Shown here: one piece after another, positions 61,722-64,000 of the stretch
Numbering within the stretch: position 1 is the first letter of the stretch
How the letters are laid out: every line of letters starts with the position of its first letter
Source of the DNA: Escherichia phage vB-Eco-KMB37
DNA length: 64,000 nt
Direction: 5' to 3' (one strand)
Sequence record: OR525700
The notes under the pieces: model-generated
Seen by the model: the letters and a program-made list of their open reading frames with translations, nothing else
Told to the model about the DNA's origin: nothing
The model's database searches: none
Translations under genes and position numbers: made by a program

Positions 61722-62669
61722 TTAGAAACAGTGCAGGAAGTTTCGACCATACTGCAAACCAATAGGAGCAAATGGGATATCATCATCGAAATCTTGAACA
61801 ACAGGTTCTGGTTCTTTCGGTGCTGGCTCTTTCTTCTCTACTTTTTTAGTTTCTTTCTTAACTTCTTGTACTGGGGTAGACATTCCACGGATAGCAGCAG
61901 CTACTTTATCAGACAAAGCAAGAACTTCACGAGCAGCTTCAATAATCTCTTCTGCCGTTACAGTTTTACCTGTATGATCACGACAAGCGTTAAGAATTGC
62001 GTGTCCAACTGAAGCACCAAGATCATAGTCAGTCACATCAACGCCACGATCTTTAGCAATTTCTGCTTTCAGAGTAACAGTTGCAGATTGTACCACACCA
62101 GCCAAGTCGAAAGCATCACCTTTCACACCAGCACGTAGAAGCTCCAGAGCGCCGTTTACAGCGTGTCCTGTTTCAATCCCTACGGTATCACGTTTTTTGT
62201 AGTTAGGCTTACTACCTTCGTTATTAGATGGCTTATTTCCACCTTTTGAAGAAGATTGTGCTTGCTGAACACCTTCTGTTGAAAGAATAGTGATTTTACC
62301 TTTAGAGGAATTGTAGTATGTTTTGCCATTCCATTCAGAAGGTTTAACATCCATAGTTAGTTCTACACCTTTTTCGATAGTAACCCACTTATCACCATCT
62401 TTAACTTGCAGGTTTTCATGTTCTGGATGCAGTTTAACTTCACCTAGGCTAACCCAAACACCTTTATCATCAGCACCAGCACCTTTCTCTTTAATAAGCA
62501 GGGATGCTTTGTGAGTTGATTCAATTTTCTTATCTGGCTGACCTGCAACCTTAATATAAGAGACTTTCATTTCATCAAACTTATCTAGTTTGACATATTC
62601 AACGATACCTTCAGCCCAGAATGCTTCTTTTTTAGTACGACGGTCGATTTCAGAATTAATTACTGGCAT
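61722..62669 (-). CDS. ssDNA-binding-like protein with SSB-type acidic motif
   Basis: Gly/Ser/Gln/Lys-rich linker then DFDDDIPF near the C-terminus, followed unusually by 15 more residues. Confidence 0.45.
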   Translation of the reverse strand: MPVINSEIDRRTKKEAFWAEGIVEYVKLDKFDEMKVSYIKVAGQPDKKIESTHKASLLIKEKGAGADDKGVWVSLGEVKLHPEHENLQVKDGDKWVTIEKGVELTMDVKPSEWNGKTYYNSSKGKITILSTEGVQQAQSSSKGGNKPSNNEGSKPNYKKRDTVGIETGHAVNGALELLRAGVKGDAFDLAGVVQSATVTLKAEIAKDRGVDVTDYDLGASVGHAILNACRDHTGKTVTAEEIIEAAREVLALSDKVAAAIRGMSTPVQEVKKETKKVEKKEPAPKEPEPVVQDFDDDIPFAPIGLQYGRNFLHCF

Positions 62670-62685
62670 AAATTCTCCTCTATAA

Positions 62686-63084
62686 TTACATTACTTTAAC
62701 ACAAAACTCTCGTAAAAGAGTAGCGTCAGTTTCTTCCAACAGGTATTTACCAAGACCAATACCAAATCCTATTTCACCACTTTCAAAATGGAGGATTTGT
62801 ATCTTTTCTCCACCAAGGTTAATTACTTTTGCTTTTCCAGGATTATCCAAAACATCTCGTATTGTATCCTGTAGTAACATAAGTTCACGTTTTGTGATAG
62901 TGGTTTCAGATATCTCTTTGTTTTCTACTCTCACTGTTAAACGGTTGTATCCACCAAAGAGACATAGTATTTGAATAAAAAAGGTATTATCTTGAGGTTC
63001 AACATCTTTTTTAGTTAGCTCAAGACGATTAGTTTCTCTACTGTAGAACGTCTCGACTAAGATTTTAGAACGATTATCTGTCAT
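62686..63084 (-). CDS. Hypothetical protein
   Basis: 132-aa ORF. Confidence 0.4.
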   Translation of the reverse strand: MTDNRSKILVETFYSRETNRLELTKKDVEPQDNTFFIQILCLFGGYNRLTVRVENKEISETTITKRELMLLQDTIRDVLDNPGKAKVINLGGEKIQILHFESGEIGFGIGLGKYLLEETDATLLREFCVKVM

Positions 63085-63127
63085 TCAAGTCCTCATAATA
63101 ACACACAATTATAATGTTTGTCAACAC

Positions 63128-63742
63128 TTAAATTTTAAATTCTTCACTGTTAAATGAATCCAGTGTACGTACTTCTGGTTCTTTGGGAATGAAAACGTCT
63201 TTTACAAAGCGGAACATGGGGAAACGTTCTGCCATTTTACGGACGTGTGCTTCTTTACCTGTGTATCGGTGATTAATAGTACAAATATTAGTTTTCAGTG
63301 CAAATTCAAAATCTGGATGATATACATAATTTTGACCATCCCAGTAACACAAGCAAATAGCTACATCAAAGTTCCATACGATTTCACTGCGTACACCTTC
63401 TTCCATAATCATAAAGTTAAACTTAAGATCTTTATAGTATGCTTCAAATACCCATTTCAAATGTGGTAGTTCGGCATAAGTGTGTTCTGTTTGCTTAGTA
63501 AGTTGTTTAACATTACGTGCACCAACACCCAACATCAAAAATTTCTCTACTAATACGAGTGTATTGTGGTTAGGCATACGCAAGTAAATGTCAATATCTT
63601 GTGCAGGTTTCTCTAATCGCCAATCACGTACAGCGCCGCCAGCGACAATTGCAAACGGATCTACCAGTTGGCACATACGTAATACTTCTAAAGCTCGTAC
63701 TTTTTGATCTTCAATATTCATATTTTCTCCTATCGTTTCCAC
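63128..63742 (-). CDS. Pol-beta superfamily nucleotidyltransferase with CCA-adding-enzyme-like head motif
   Basis: AIVAGGAVRDWRLEKPAQDIDIYL matches the class II tRNA nucleotidyltransferase GGxVRD...DxD signature; only 204 aa. Confidence 0.55.
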   Translation of the reverse strand: METIGENMNIEDQKVRALEVLRMCQLVDPFAIVAGGAVRDWRLEKPAQDIDIYLRMPNHNTLVLVEKFLMLGVGARNVKQLTKQTEHTYAELPHLKWVFEAYYKDLKFNFMIMEEGVRSEIVWNFDVAICLCYWDGQNYVYHPDFEFALKTNICTINHRYTGKEAHVRKMAERFPMFRFVKDVFIPKEPEVRTLDSFNSEEFKI

Positions 63743-63975
63743 TCTTTGTGTTGTTCTACATGCTCAAGCATTTCATTATATAGTGCTTTAAGATGTGGAA
63801 CAACTCTTTCATCTTCAGTTTCAAAGAATTTTGTAAGCTGTTCTGCCTTAGCTTTCAACCAGCAAAGATGCGCTTCAATTTCAGTATTAAAACGTCCCAG
63901 CGTTATAACACGTCCATCACGTTGAATATGGGCTTTATACTTTTTACGATCTTTTTCGTAACTACAGCCTACCAT
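63730..63975 (-). CDS. AP2-like DNA-binding domain protein (possible homing-endonuclease fragment; may extend past window end)
   Basis: YKAHIQRDGRVITLGRFNTEIEAHLCW resembles AP2-type domains attached to HNH endonucleases. Confidence 0.35.
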   Translation of the reverse strand: MVGCSYEKDRKKYKAHIQRDGRVITLGRFNTEIEAHLCWLKAKAEQLTKFFETEDERVVPHLKALYNEMLEHVEQHKEWKR

Positions 63976-64000
63976 AGTTCCATGAGATCTTTTACTTACT

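Noticed and set aside
1-64000. Prophage/integration signals (integrase, attachment sites, repressor)
   Set aside because: None seen; gene content (own ligase, nucleotide metabolism, tRNA set, terminase, no integrase) fits a virulent phage, though only this window was examined.

Overview
This window reads as a contiguous segment of a virulent, tailed dsDNA phage (myovirus-type, enterobacterial-looking codon usage and sigma70-type promoters), with no host genes. All calls are from reading the sequence and ORF track by eye; no homology search or tRNA scanner was run. Layout: (1) 1-14.7 kb, a minus-strand early/middle block with nucleotide metabolism (ThyX-like, thymidine kinase), an HNH homing endonuclease, 3'-5' and 5'-3' exonucleases, RdgC-like and MazG-like proteins, an ATP-dependent DNA ligase, an apparent three-gene RNA repair cassette (phosphoesterase, RNA-ligase-like, P-loop kinase) and many small acidic ORFs. 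(2) 14.7-15.1 kb, an AT-rich divergent promoter region. (3) 15.1-17.8 kb, a PRPP-synthetase-like gene next to a NAMPT-like gene, the signature of a phage NAD+ salvage/reconstitution module. (4) 18.6-21.5 kb, a dense plus-strand cluster of about 20 tRNA or tRNA-like genes, several with near-consensus TTGACA-N17-TAnnnT promoters; it includes a type II tRNA carrying an Asn anticodon and three elements with intact acceptor and T arms but aberrant cores. (5) 21.9-60.5 kb, the plus-strand late module: overlapping spanin pair, large terminase interrupted by a mini-intein in its P-loop, portal, scaffold, decoration and lambda-E-like major capsid proteins, sheath, tube, chaperone pair with a -1 frameshift site, tape measure, baseplate and at least five fibre/spike proteins. 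(6) 60.5-64 kb, a minus-strand block with a beta-class DNA methyltransferase flanked by near-identical hairpin repeats, an SSB-like protein, a CCA-enzyme-like nucleotidyltransferase and an AP2-domain fragment. The strongest candidates for an under-described system are the tRNA cluster oddities together with the RNA repair cassette and nucleotidyltransferase, and the NAD+ module.
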